The notes beneath the pieces were generated by a model. The model was not told where the DNA came from, searched no databases, and saw only the letters and a list, made by a program, of their open reading frames with translations. A program made the translations under genes and the position numbers. This document shows positions 30,733-40,317 of a stretch of DNA of 64,000 nt, piece after piece. The DNA comes from Parvibaculaceae bacterium (GTDB lineage Bacteria; Pseudomonadota; Alphaproteobacteria; JAPOUT01), in contig OY734805.1 of NCBI GenBank assembly GCA_963457525.1, positions 2,219,150 to 2,283,149 of the forward strand, written 5' to 3'. How positions within the stretch are numbered: position 1 is the first letter of the stretch; every line of letters starts with the position of its first letter.

Positions 30733-32034
30733 CTAGCAGTCCAGATAATTTTCCCGCTCCCAGTTTGTCAGGTGCCCGTTGTATCGATCCCATTCGGCAT
30801 GCTTGAGTTTCAAGAACGCATCCGTCACCGCATCCCCTAATTTTCCGCGAAGGGTCTTGTCCTTCTCCAGCGCGCGCAGGGCGTCCAAAAGGTTTGCAGG
30901 CAATTTCTTCGCGCCCCGGATCGTGTGCCCCTCGGCGTACATATCGATGTCGATGCGCTTGCCCGGGTCCTTCTTGCTGTCGATGCCGTCCATTCCCGCG
31001 GCCAGCAGTCCCGCCGGCAGCAAATAGGGATTCACGGCTCCGTCGGCGAGGCGAACCTCGAAGCGTCCCGGTCCGGGAATGCGAATCATATGGGTTCGGT
31101 TGTTTCCGCCGTAGCTGATTGTGTTGGGCGACCATGTTGCTCCCGAGGAAGTCCTCGGCGCGTTGATGCGCTTGTAGGAGTTCACGCTCGGATTCAGCAG
31201 CGCGCACAAGCCCTGCGCATGGGAGAGCAGCCCGCCCATGAAGTGATAACCGAGTTGCGAGACTCCCAACTCGCCGGCGGGATCCTCGAACAGGTTGTTA
31301 TCGCCCTTCCACAGGCTGACGTGGGCGTGGCATCCGTTTCCGGTGAGATTGGCGAAGGGCTTGGGCATGAAGGTTGCGCGCAAGCCGTTATGCTCGGCGA
31401 TGCTCCTGACCATGTATTTAAAGAACGCATGCCGGTCGGCGGTCACAAGGGCGTCATCGAAGTCCCAATTCATTTCGAACTGTCCGTTGGCGTCTTCATG
31501 GTCGTTTTGATAAGGGCCCCATCCGAGTTCCACCATGGCGTCGCATATCTGCGAGATGACATCGTAGCGCCGCATCAAGGCGGATTGGTCGTAACAAGCT
31601 TTTGCCTGGGTGTCGGTGCTGTCGGCAATGGATTTGCCGTCGGGGGAAATCAGAAAATACTCCGCCTCAACCCCGCAGCGCAGACGATAGCCCTTGCCGT
31701 CGGCCTCCTTGATCAATCGGCGCAGAACATTCCGGGGCGCCTGTTCGACTTCCTTGCCTTCCATCCACAGGTCCGCCGCGAGCCAGCCGACTTCCCGGTT
31801 CCACGGCAGTTGGATGAGAGAACCCGGGTCGGGCTTGGCGAGCATGTCGGGGAAGGCCGGAGTCATGTCCAGCCACGCCGCAAAGCCCGCAAAACCGGCA
31901 CCTTCCTCGACCATCTCGCCGATCGCACGCGCGGGCACGAGCTTCGCGCGCGCAACGCCGAACAAATCAACAAAGGAAATCAAAAAGTATCGAAGTCCCC
32001 GTTCTTTCGCAATCTTTTCTAAATCAATATTCAT
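30733..32034 (-). CDS. GS-fold ligase, type III / GmaS-like (gamma-glutamyl-amine synthetase candidate)
   Basis: 433 aa with FVDLFGVARAKLVP, GVEAEYFLI, KPFANLTGNGCHAHVSLW and NRTHMIRIPGPGRFEVRLADGAVNPYL. It lies immediately downstream of an MgsABC-like trio. Confidence 0.8.
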   Translation of the reverse strand: MNIDLEKIAKERGLRYFLISFVDLFGVARAKLVPARAIGEMVEEGAGFAGFAAWLDMTPAFPDMLAKPDPGSLIQLPWNREVGWLAADLWMEGKEVEQAPRNVLRRLIKEADGKGYRLRCGVEAEYFLISPDGKSIADSTDTQAKACYDQSALMRRYDVISQICDAMVELGWGPYQNDHEDANGQFEMNWDFDDALVTADRHAFFKYMVRSIAEHNGLRATFMPKPFANLTGNGCHAHVSLWKGDNNLFEDPAGELGVSQLGYHFMGGLLSHAQGLCALLNPSVNSYKRINAPRTSSGATWSPNTISYGGNNRTHMIRIPGPGRFEVRLADGAVNPYLLPAGLLAAGMDGIDSKKDPGKRIDIDMYAEGHTIRGAKKLPANLLDALRALEKDKTLRGKLGDAVTDAFLKLKHAEWDRYNGHLTNWERENYLDC

Positions 32035-32047
32035 ATTTTACTCCTTT

Positions 32048-33367
32048 CTATTCGCCCGGAATCCAGTTCGTTCCCGCGAGGGGAACGCCTGCCATGGCGG
32101 CGGCCTCAATGGTGAGGGCGGCCAAATCTTCCGGCTCCAGGTTATGCACATGACTTTTTCCGCATGCGCGTGCCAATGTCTGTGCTTCCAAGGTCAGCAC
32201 GCGTAAATAGTTTTCCAGGCGTCGTCCCGCCGCTTTTGCATTCAGGCGTTTTTCGAGCGCGGGGTCCTGTGTTGCAACGCCGACCGGACATCTTCCCGTA
32301 TGACAATGAAAGCATGAGCCGGGTTCCGTTCCGAGGGCGCGGTAATCCTCCTCGAAGAGCGGACGATTGCAGTTGAGGGCGATCATCGCCGCTACGCCTA
32401 TCGAAACCGCATCCGCCCCCAGCGCCAGCGCTTTCGCGACATCCGCGCCGGAGCGAATGCCTCCGGAGACAACCAGTTGCATCTTTCGGTGCTCTCCCAT
32501 GTCCTGGAGCGCGCGCACGGATTCGCGCACGGCCGCGAGCGTCGGGATTCCGACATGCTCGATGAAAACATCCTGCGTTGCGGCCGTGCCCCCTTGCATC
32601 CCGTCCAAAACGACGACATCCGCTTTCGCCTTGACCGCAAGCGCGGTGTCATAATAAGGACGCGCGGCCCCGATTTTAACGTAAACGGGTTTTTCCCAGT
32701 CGGTGATCTCGCGCAGTTCTTCTATCTTGATCTCGAGATCGTCGGGCCCCGTCCAGTCGGGATGCCGGCAAGCGCTTCTCTGGTCTATGCCTTCGGGCAG
32801 ATTGCGCATCCCGGCAACCCGCGAGGTAATCTTTTGTCCCATGAGCATGCCGCCGCCGCCCGGCTTTGCGCCCTGCCCCACGACGACTTCGATGGCATCG
32901 GCGCGGCGCAAATCATCCGGGTTCATGCCGTAGCGGGACGGCAGCAACTGGTAAACCAGCAAATTCGAATGTTCCCGCTCCTCCTCGGTCATGCCTCCGT
33001 CGCCCGTCGTGGTGGAGGTTCCCGTTGCGGATGCGCCCCGTCCCAGCGCCTCTTTTGCATTCGCGCCCAGCGCGCCGAAACTCATGCCCGCGATGGTGAC
33101 GGGGATTTTCAGGTGGATAGGCTTGGAGGCAAAACGGCTGCCCAGAATAACATCCGTGCCGCAATCCTCCCTGTATCCTTCGAGGGGATAGCGCGACATG
33201 GACGCCCCGAGAAACACAAGATCGTCGAAGCTGGGAACCCGGCGGCGCGCGCCCAGACCTCTTATTTCATAAATGCCTTCGTTTGCGGCGCGTTGAATCT
33301 CCGCAATTACGTGGGGCGGGAAAATCTCCGATGACCGGACGCGTCTGGAATCGTAATCGGTGCTCAT
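32048..33367 (-). CDS. FMN-binding glutamate-synthase-family protein (GltB domain 2; MgsC/GlxD-like)
   Basis: 439 aa with GMSFGALG, QGAKPGGGGML, LDGMQGGTAAT and a CHTGRCPVGVATQDP Fe-S-like motif. Confidence 0.85.
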   Translation of the reverse strand: MSTDYDSRRVRSSEIFPPHVIAEIQRAANEGIYEIRGLGARRRVPSFDDLVFLGASMSRYPLEGYREDCGTDVILGSRFASKPIHLKIPVTIAGMSFGALGANAKEALGRGASATGTSTTTGDGGMTEEEREHSNLLVYQLLPSRYGMNPDDLRRADAIEVVVGQGAKPGGGGMLMGQKITSRVAGMRNLPEGIDQRSACRHPDWTGPDDLEIKIEELREITDWEKPVYVKIGAARPYYDTALAVKAKADVVVLDGMQGGTAATQDVFIEHVGIPTLAAVRESVRALQDMGEHRKMQLVVSGGIRSGADVAKALALGADAVSIGVAAMIALNCNRPLFEEDYRALGTEPGSCFHCHTGRCPVGVATQDPALEKRLNAKAAGRRLENYLRVLTLEAQTLARACGKSHVHNLEPEDLAALTIEAAAMAGVPLAGTNWIPGE

Positions 33368-34059
33368 GCCGCGCCTGCGTTATCTATGGTGAAATTATAA
33401 AGTTTCCGCGCGGAACCGTAACGGCGAAAGGATTCCGCCTTGATTTTCGAGGACATCCCCGCGCTCGCCAGCAGCGCCTGCAGCGACTCGATGTGCTCGT
33501 TTCGCATTTCCTTCTCAACGCAATCGGCCCCGAGGCTTTCAACGTCCCCGCGCACGAACAAACGCGCCTCATATATGGAGTCGCCGAGGTCGGCGCCGGC
33601 ATCTCCGCACACGACAAGGCTTCCCGACTGCGCCATGAAGGCCGCCATGTGTCCGACATTTCCGCCGATAATGATGTCGACGCCCTTCATCGAGATGCCG
33701 CACCGCGCCGACGCGTTGCCCTCAACCACGACCAGACCGCCGTGTCCGCTTGCACCGACCGACTGGCTCGCGTTGCCCAGCACGCGCACGCTTCCCGACA
33801 TGATGTTTTCGGCCAAACCGGTTCCGGCGTTTCCGTCCACGGTGACGGTTGCGTGTTGATTCATGCCGGCGCAATAGTATCCGGCGTGTCCTTCAACGCT
33901 GACATCAAGCGGCGCGTTCAGGCCGCAAGCGAGGGAATGCGCTCCCCGGGGATGAAGGATGCGAAAAGCCTGTTCGCCGTTGCTTCGAAGCGTTTGGTTG
34001 ACCCGGCGCACGGAGAGTTCCTGCATATCGAGAGTCATCTGGTTGCGCCGGTCGTTCAT
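33364..34059 (-). CDS. GXGXG-domain protein (GltB C-terminal domain; MgsB/GlxC-like)
   Basis: The ATG at 34059 (alternative at 34038) gives about 231 aa with repeated G-x-G beta-helix motifs (VDGNAGTGLAENIMSGSVRVLGNA..., VVVEGNASARCGISMKG). Confidence 0.8.
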   Translation of the reverse strand: MNDRRNQMTLDMQELSVRRVNQTLRSNGEQAFRILHPRGAHSLACGLNAPLDVSVEGHAGYYCAGMNQHATVTVDGNAGTGLAENIMSGSVRVLGNASQSVGASGHGGLVVVEGNASARCGISMKGVDIIIGGNVGHMAAFMAQSGSLVVCGDAGADLGDSIYEARLFVRGDVESLGADCVEKEMRNEHIESLQALLASAGMSSKIKAESFRRYGSARKLYNFTIDNAGAA

Positions 34060-34063
34060 GCGT

Positions 34064-34963
34064 TTACTGCGTTTGGTGCCAGCTGTATATGCGCGAGGGT
34101 TCCGGCTCCCAGATGTTTGCGTTTCGTGCATCGGGAAGCACCGCGATCGCCCGAAACTCCGACGCCATCGCGACCCAGTCGTCGGTTTCGGCAATGACGG
34201 CGGGCTTGCAGGCGATGGGATCGCGCACGACGGCGAAGCCGTCCAGCGACCCGATGGCGAAAGTGTAAAAGCCGTCCAGGTCCTCAATGGCGTGCTCGAG
34301 CGCGGCGTCCAGATTGTCGCCCTGCCCCATTCGCCACGAGAGATACCCCGCGGCGACTTCGGAGTCGTTTTCCGTTTGAAAACTTTCGCCTTGAAGTTGG
34401 AGAAACCGTCTTAGCTGGTTGTGATTGGAAAGCGATCCGTTGTGAACGAGGCAGGTGTCGCGTCCGGTTGAAAAAGGATGCGATCCCCGGATGATGACCG
34501 CGGACTCGGTTGCCATGCGCGTGTGGGTGATGGCGTGGGTGCCGGTGCGCGACTCCAATCCGAAACGCTTGCCGACTTCGGCGGGATCGCCGACGCCCTT
34601 GAAAACTTCCATCGACTTTCCCGCACTCGAGACAATTACATCGGGCGCGTTCGCCAAAATCCATTCCCGCGCATCGGCGGCGACGTCCTTCTCAAATTCA
34701 AAAACGGCATGGTCTTCGATGGTTTGATAGGACATCTCGACTCCCAGGGCGGCTTTCAGGGACGCGAACAGTTCGCCCCAATCAACCGTGCCGGTCTCGG
34801 ACAACAATGTCAGCTTTGCGCCGGCGACCGGTTCGCCGTAGACCACAAAGCCTGCCGAGTCGGGCCCCCGGTCGCGCATCTCGTGGAGCATTCGCGCGCT
34901 CCAAAGTCCGAGCTCGTTGCGCAGTTCAGGGCGCTTCAAGAATAATCCCGTAATTCCACACAT
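34064..34963 (-). CDS. Class II glutamine amidotransferase (GltB domain 1; MgsA/GlxB-like)
   Basis: An internal ATG at 34963 gives MCGITGLF, with the N-terminal nucleophile Cys directly after Met (299 aa); also HTRMATES and VHNGSLSNH. Confidence 0.85.
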   Translation of the reverse strand: MCGITGLFLKRPELRNELGLWSARMLHEMRDRGPDSAGFVVYGEPVAGAKLTLLSETGTVDWGELFASLKAALGVEMSYQTIEDHAVFEFEKDVAADAREWILANAPDVIVSSAGKSMEVFKGVGDPAEVGKRFGLESRTGTHAITHTRMATESAVIIRGSHPFSTGRDTCLVHNGSLSNHNQLRRFLQLQGESFQTENDSEVAAGYLSWRMGQGDNLDAALEHAIEDLDGFYTFAIGSLDGFAVVRDPIACKPAVIAETDDWVAMASEFRAIAVLPDARNANIWEPEPSRIYSWHQTQ

Positions 34964-35042
34964 ATTTCTCTCTCTCCAAAAACAAAGCGCTAGTCTATCG
35001 CAACACGACAACAAAATCGAGCATCTGGTATACTCGGGCATT

Positions 35043-35534
35043 ATGGGAATTCAAGACGCCATCCGTTCGATTCCGGCAAAGCCCGGGATTGCCATTGCGA
35101 TTGTTGCGACGATTTTGTTCGGCGCATGGCATTTTTACACGGGCTGGCAGGCATGCGAGCATCGCGCCCGTGCCGCCGAAAGCATTCGCTCCGCCATTGC
35201 AACCGCACAAGACGGCGGCGTCCTCAACCTCGCCGAGATGTTCACATTTGCGTGGGATGAACTGCGCGTTCTTCACGACTACCATCCGGGCGAAAACGCA
35301 CTCGATTGTCCGTTCGGCAACCACTGGAGTCTTGAGGAGCGGCAGGCTCTTGCGCGCGAGGGCAACCTGGCCGCGCTCGTTCTTTCGCACGAGAACAATG
35401 CCGTTGCGTTTATTGAATACCTTAAAGAATGGGGGGATTTTCAAACCGGCGAAACTCCCCTGCCGCGCGAAAACGCCCGCTTCGAACTGCGCCGCAGCCT
35501 TCCCCCGCAATTACTCCCAATCCCGCCGAAATAA
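35043..35534 (+). CDS. Hypothetical membrane-anchored protein in the divergent spacer
   Basis: 163 aa from the ATG at 35043, with one N-terminal TM (GIAIAIVATILFGAWHFY). The ribosome-binding site is weak. The coding status is uncertain. Confidence 0.35.
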   Translation: MGIQDAIRSIPAKPGIAIAIVATILFGAWHFYTGWQACEHRARAAESIRSAIATAQDGGVLNLAEMFTFAWDELRVLHDYHPGENALDCPFGNHWSLEERQALAREGNLAALVLSHENNAVAFIEYLKEWGDFQTGETPLPRENARFELRRSLPPQLLPIPPK

Positions 35535-35655
35535 CGCTTTTCGGGGCAAATTTGCAAAAACCCGAAAAATGGTATTGAATACCCCCTTGCCCTTCGAAGG
35601 TGGCAGCCGCCTTCGCGGGTTGGAATATTTCTGTGTAAGAGCGAGGGACAAGATT

Positions 35656-37134
35656 ATGGCAACCGACATCGAAAAATTTGTTAAGGCTCAAGGACGGGAC
35701 AAACTCGTCAAAGAGGTTCGGCAAAAAATTGACGCGCTCGGCGTTGAGTATCTTTATTTGCAATTCGTTTCGGTGACGGGACGCATATGCGGCAAGGGAA
35801 TTCCCGCCGACCATTGGGAGGCTATCGCCGAAAAAGGATTCCAACTTGTTTACGGAGCAACGGTGAATCTTTTCCTCAATCGCCATGGCGACTATCTTGG
35901 CTACGGTCCCGAGGCAGCCGAGTTGGTCGGCATCCCCGAACCCGAAACCTTCATGCAGTTGCCCTGGGACAAAAGGGTCGCGCGCTTGTGGTGCACGCTT
36001 TTCCGCAACCGCGAAGAAAAAAAAGACCCCGGCGCGTTCTTAACGGCCGATTGTCGCGGCAACCTTCGCCGCATCCACGACCAATTCAAAAGGGACCACA
36101 AGGGTCTCCATCTTCGCGCGGGAACCGAACCCGAGATGATGTGGCTCAAGCGCGGCGAGGACGGCAAGCCCGACGGCGGCTACTCCAACCCCTACTGCTA
36201 TCACATCGACCAGTTCGAAAGCCTTCGTCCGGTCTACATGCAGGTGATCAAATACGCGAGAATGATGGGGCTGGACATGATTCAGGGCGACCACGAGGAT
36301 GCGCCGGGACAGCTCGAGCTCAACTGGACGTTTGACGACGTCCTGCGCAATGCCGACCGGCTGACGACCTACCGGCAAATCTGCGCCCAGGTCGCCCGCG
36401 AGAACAATCTGATCGCGTGTTTCATGTCGAAGCCGTTCATGGGCGTTTCCGCCTCCGGGTGTCACCACAACATCTCGCTTTGGACGGGCGGAAAAGAAAC
36501 CTTCAAGCCGCTCGGCAACGACCCGAAGAAACTTCCGGGCATGAAGGAAAATTACGCCTACCTCTCCGGCGGCAAAAACACCTTTATGCCGGACACCAAG
36601 GACCTGCAGCTTCCGGGCAAGGTCGGATTGATGTCGATAGGCGGAATCGTCAAGCACCTGGGTGCGTTGACGGCAATCGGCTGCTCGACGGTCAACTCCT
36701 ACCGGCGTCTTTGGGACACCGGCTTTTGGGCTCCCGTCTTCGCCGACTGGGGATACCAGAACCGCACAACGGGATTGCGCGTTTCCGCCCCCGGGCGTTT
36801 TGAGTATCGCGCCGTGGATTCGATGGTGAATCCGTATTTGATGGGCGCGGCGATCTTGAAGGCGTCCGACGACGGCATCCGCAAGAAGATAAACCCGGGC
36901 AAGCCGGAAAACCGCAACATTTACGAAGCGATGGAAGCCGGCAAATTGGTAAAGCGCCTGCCCATGACCCTGGGCGAAGCCCTTGAGGCGTTGCGCAAGG
37001 ACAAGGAAATCCAGTCCGCGATGCCGGGCGAGATGTTCCGCCTTTACACCGAATACAAGCAGGATGAATGGGAACGTTTCCTCCACACGACGACGCAGTG
37101 GGACCAGGACATGTATCTCGATTGTCTGCCGTAA
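35656..37134 (+). CDS. GS-fold ligase, divergent type III-like paralogue (492 aa)
   Basis: The ATG at 35656 is preceded by GAGGGA. Contains LQFVSVTGRICGKGIP, GTEPEMMWL, KPFMGVSASGCHHNISLW and NRTTGLRVSAPGRFEYRAVDSMVNPYL. It is about 60 aa longer than the 30733-32034 paralogue, including an extra segment after the HxxxSLW motif. Confidence 0.8.
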   Translation: MATDIEKFVKAQGRDKLVKEVRQKIDALGVEYLYLQFVSVTGRICGKGIPADHWEAIAEKGFQLVYGATVNLFLNRHGDYLGYGPEAAELVGIPEPETFMQLPWDKRVARLWCTLFRNREEKKDPGAFLTADCRGNLRRIHDQFKRDHKGLHLRAGTEPEMMWLKRGEDGKPDGGYSNPYCYHIDQFESLRPVYMQVIKYARMMGLDMIQGDHEDAPGQLELNWTFDDVLRNADRLTTYRQICAQVARENNLIACFMSKPFMGVSASGCHHNISLWTGGKETFKPLGNDPKKLPGMKENYAYLSGGKNTFMPDTKDLQLPGKVGLMSIGGIVKHLGALTAIGCSTVNSYRRLWDTGFWAPVFADWGYQNRTTGLRVSAPGRFEYRAVDSMVNPYLMGAAILKASDDGIRKKINPGKPENRNIYEAMEAGKLVKRLPMTLGEALEALRKDKEIQSAMPGEMFRLYTEYKQDEWERFLHTTTQWDQDMYLDCLP

Positions 37135-37153
37135 TTAGGAAGGAAGGTACGTT

Positions 37154-38095
37154 ATGTGTGGAATAGCAGGAATAATTCATCGCAATCGAACTTCGGACAT
37201 CGGCACGGAGATGACCTCGATGTTGCGCTCGTTGAAGCATCGCGGCCCCGACTCCACCGGTTTTGCAATCTACGGAAAGCCGGCCGCCGAAGATGACGTG
37301 CATGTCTTGCGCTTCAAAGTCGCCGAGCAGGAAGACCTCGACAAGGGATCGCATATCTACGAACTGATTGCCAAGCGTCGCGCCGAAGTCGAGGAATCGA
37401 TGAACAAGTTCGGCATCAAGATGGAGAAAATCGAAGAGCCGACCCCGTATGCGGTTCGTTGTTATATTCGCGGCGGCAAAGACCTCGAAAAACTCGCACG
37501 CAGAATCGAGGAAATCGAAGGCGTCGAAATCCTCTCGCTCGGACGCGCCCTCGAGCTCGTCAAGGACCTCGGCGATGCGGATGTCGTCTCGGAACAATAC
37601 GACCTGGGCGGTTTCCAGGGCACGCACGGCATCGGGCACACCCGCATGGCGACGGAATCGGATGTGGACATTCGCTCGGCGCACCCCTACTGGGCGTTCC
37701 CCTATCATGATATTTCCGTTGTGCATAACGGGCAGATAACGAACTACTGGATAATGAGACGGGAACTCGAACGCAAAAAACACCGCTTCCTTTCCAATTG
37801 CGACTCGGAACTTCTTGCCGTTTACACGGCGCATAATTTGGAGAACGGAGTCTCCCTGGAAGACTCCATGCGCCGCTCCATTGAAGAAATCGACGGCGTC
37901 TTCACCTACCTGATTGCGACGAAGGACCAACTCGGCATGGCAAAGGACACCATGGCGGCCAAGCCGATGGTGCTCTACGAAAACGACGACTTCGTCGCGC
38001 TTGCCTCCGAGGAAATCGCAATTCGCAGCGTTGTCCCCCACGAGATTGATACGACCGACCCCTACGACGAGGAGGTTCGTGTATGGCAGGCGTGA
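37154..38095 (+). CDS. Class II glutamine amidotransferase (GlxB/MgsA-like), second copy
   Basis: Begins MCGIAGII, with HTRMATES and VHNGQITNY; 313 aa. It is a paralogue of 34064-34963. Confidence 0.85.
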   Translation: MCGIAGIIHRNRTSDIGTEMTSMLRSLKHRGPDSTGFAIYGKPAAEDDVHVLRFKVAEQEDLDKGSHIYELIAKRRAEVEESMNKFGIKMEKIEEPTPYAVRCYIRGGKDLEKLARRIEEIEGVEILSLGRALELVKDLGDADVVSEQYDLGGFQGTHGIGHTRMATESDVDIRSAHPYWAFPYHDISVVHNGQITNYWIMRRELERKKHRFLSNCDSELLAVYTAHNLENGVSLEDSMRRSIEEIDGVFTYLIATKDQLGMAKDTMAAKPMVLYENDDFVALASEEIAIRSVVPHEIDTTDPYDEEVRVWQA

Positions 38096-38928
38096 AATCT
38101 TCGCGTTCACATGATATGGGGATGCACACGGAACAGCTGTCCGGCCGCGCGATGCAGCTCTTCTTCAACGCCGAAGAAGAAGGCGGTTTCACCTATGCCG
38201 ACGCTTTTGAGGTCGACTTCAACAAACGCGCCGAAATTGACGCCGAAGGCGTCAGCGTGCACGACATCAACCTGCGCATCCGCAAGCTGATGCAGGAAGG
38301 CTACGGCACCATCGTTTTGAAAAACCCCGGCGCCCGCCACTCCCTGTGCGCGGGCATCCTCAACCGCTTGAACCTGATCATCGAGGGTTCGCTGGGGTAT
38401 TTCGGATGCGGGCTGATTGACGGCCCCAACGTCCGCATATCGGGACGGGTGGGATGGTCGTTTGCCGAAAACATGATGGCGGGCGTTTGCGTGATTGAGA
38501 AGAACGCCGGATCGACTTTCGGGGCCGCTTTGCGCGGCGGCGACCTGGTCTGCAAGGGCTCCGTGGGCTCGCGCACGGGCATTGACATGAAAGGCGGAAC
38601 AATTTTAATCGGCGGCGACACGGGAGCGTTCTCCGGATTCATGATGCAGCGCGGACGGATGGTCGTGTGCGGCAACGCGGGAAAGAACCTCGGCGACTCG
38701 ATGTATGACGGAACGATATACGTCGGCGGCGAGATTCAATCGCTCGGCGTGGATGCCGTTCCCGAAGAGATGAGCGACATCGATCGCGAATGGCTCAAGC
38801 GCAAACTTTCAATGTACGAACTGCTCCCGAAAGACGGCTCCGTCGACCACTTCACCAAGATTGTTGCGGGACGCCAGCTTTGGAACTACGACAACCTCGA
38901 ACCGACGGAAAAGAAACTCATCCTCTAG
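38083..38928 (+). CDS. GXGXG-domain protein (GlxC/MgsB-like), second copy
   Basis: 281 aa with repeated G-rich beta-helix motifs (IIEGSLGYFGCGLIDGPNVRISGRVG..., LVCKGSVGSRTGIDMKGGTILIGGDTG). Overlaps the upstream gene by 13 nt. Confidence 0.8.
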   Translation: MAGVKSSRSHDMGMHTEQLSGRAMQLFFNAEEEGGFTYADAFEVDFNKRAEIDAEGVSVHDINLRIRKLMQEGYGTIVLKNPGARHSLCAGILNRLNLIIEGSLGYFGCGLIDGPNVRISGRVGWSFAENMMAGVCVIEKNAGSTFGAALRGGDLVCKGSVGSRTGIDMKGGTILIGGDTGAFSGFMMQRGRMVVCGNAGKNLGDSMYDGTIYVGGEIQSLGVDAVPEEMSDIDREWLKRKLSMYELLPKDGSVDHFTKIVAGRQLWNYDNLEPTEKKLIL

Positions 38929-38940
38929 GAAAGGACCACG

Positions 38941-40305
38941 ATGGCAAAGAAACCCACCGCACAAGAATCGATTGAACGGGAGCGCCGTTACGTTCTGGGC
39001 AAGAGCCAGATCTTCACGCCCGAGGTCATCAACGACATTCACGTCAAATCGGAACTGGGTCGGTATCGGATGCGCGGGTTTTCGATGTTCAAGAAGATTC
39101 CGCACTGGGACGAGCTGACATTTTTGCCCGGAACGCTTACACGCTTCGTCATTGAGGGCTACCGCGAAAAGTGCGAAACCAAAACCGTCATCGGACCCCG
39201 CGCCAAGCGCCCCCTTGAACTCGACATTCCCGTTTATGTGACGGGGATGAGTTTCGGCGCGCTGAGCTACGAGGCGAAGATTGCTCTCGCGCGCGGGGCG
39301 ACCATGGCCGGAACGGCGACCTGCTCCGGCGAAGGGGGAATGATTCCCGACGAGCGGCGCTATTCGTCCAAATGGTTCTACCAGAACATTCAGTCGCGCT
39401 ACGGATTCAATCCGCATCATTTGCGCCTGGCGGACGGTTGCGAGTTTTTCATCGGACAGGGCTGCAAGGTCGGACTCGGCGGACATCTGATGGGACAAAA
39501 AGTCACCGACCAGGTCGCGGAGATGCGCTCCCTGCCCGCGGGAATAGACCAGCGCTCGCCGGCGCGCCATCCCGACTGGCTCGGCCCCGACGACCTTGCG
39601 CTGAAGATTGAAGAAATCCGCGAGGCGACCAACTGGGAAATCCCCGTACAACTCAAACTCGGCGCCGCCCGTGTTTACGACGATGTCCGGATGGCTGTGA
39701 AATGCGGCCCCGATTCCATCTACATCGACGGGATGGAGGGCGGCACGGGAGCGGGTCCCCACCTCGCCACGGAAGAGACCGGGGTTCCGGGCATGGCGGC
39801 GATAAGACAGGCCCGCCGCGCGATTGACGATCTTGGCAAGCGCGGCGAGATTTCATTGGTTTATGCGGGGGGCATTCGCAACGGCGGAGATGTTGCAAAG
39901 GCGCTCGCGCTCGGAGCGGATGCGATTGCGATCGGCCACTCGGTAATGATGGCGTTGAACTGCAACAAGGACATTCCCGAGGCGGATTTCCCCGCCGAGA
40001 TGGGCGTGCACGCGGGCGAGTGCTACCACTGCCACACGGGAAGGTGTCCCGTCGGCGTTGCGACGCAGGACCCGGAACTTCGCAAGCGGCTGGATCCGGA
40101 TGCCGCCGCCGAGCGCGTTTACAACTTTCTGCACACATTGACGATTGAGTGCCAGATGATGGCCCGTGCGTGCGGAAAGACGAACATTCACAGCCTTGAG
40201 CCGGAAGATCTCGCGGCGCTGACAATGGAAGCGTCAGCGCTTGCGCAAGTCCCGCTTGCGGGAACCGACTACACCGTCGGCGTCGACGACTACCACCACA
40301 TTTGA
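38941..40305 (+). CDS. FMN-binding glutamate-synthase-family protein (GlxD/MgsC-like), second copy
   Basis: 454 aa with GMSFGALS, GQGCKVGLGGHLMG, IDGMEGGTGAG and CHTGRCPVGVATQDP. Confidence 0.85.
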   Translation: MAKKPTAQESIERERRYVLGKSQIFTPEVINDIHVKSELGRYRMRGFSMFKKIPHWDELTFLPGTLTRFVIEGYREKCETKTVIGPRAKRPLELDIPVYVTGMSFGALSYEAKIALARGATMAGTATCSGEGGMIPDERRYSSKWFYQNIQSRYGFNPHHLRLADGCEFFIGQGCKVGLGGHLMGQKVTDQVAEMRSLPAGIDQRSPARHPDWLGPDDLALKIEEIREATNWEIPVQLKLGAARVYDDVRMAVKCGPDSIYIDGMEGGTGAGPHLATEETGVPGMAAIRQARRAIDDLGKRGEISLVYAGGIRNGGDVAKALALGADAIAIGHSVMMALNCNKDIPEADFPAEMGVHAGECYHCHTGRCPVGVATQDPELRKRLDPDAAAERVYNFLHTLTIECQMMARACGKTNIHSLEPEDLAALTMEASALAQVPLAGTDYTVGVDDYHHI

Positions 40306-40317
40306 CGGGAGCGCGTT

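Noticed and set aside
35089-35655. A 189-codon N-terminal extension of the GS-like ORF (681-aa form)
   Set aside because: The extension is R/P/A-rich and overlaps the other-frame ORF at 35043-35534. GS homology and a good ribosome-binding site begin at 35656.
36040-38110. Minus-strand ORFs of 348 aa and 472 aa
   Set aside because: They are antisense to the GS-like ligase and GATase genes. They are shadow ORFs with no motifs.
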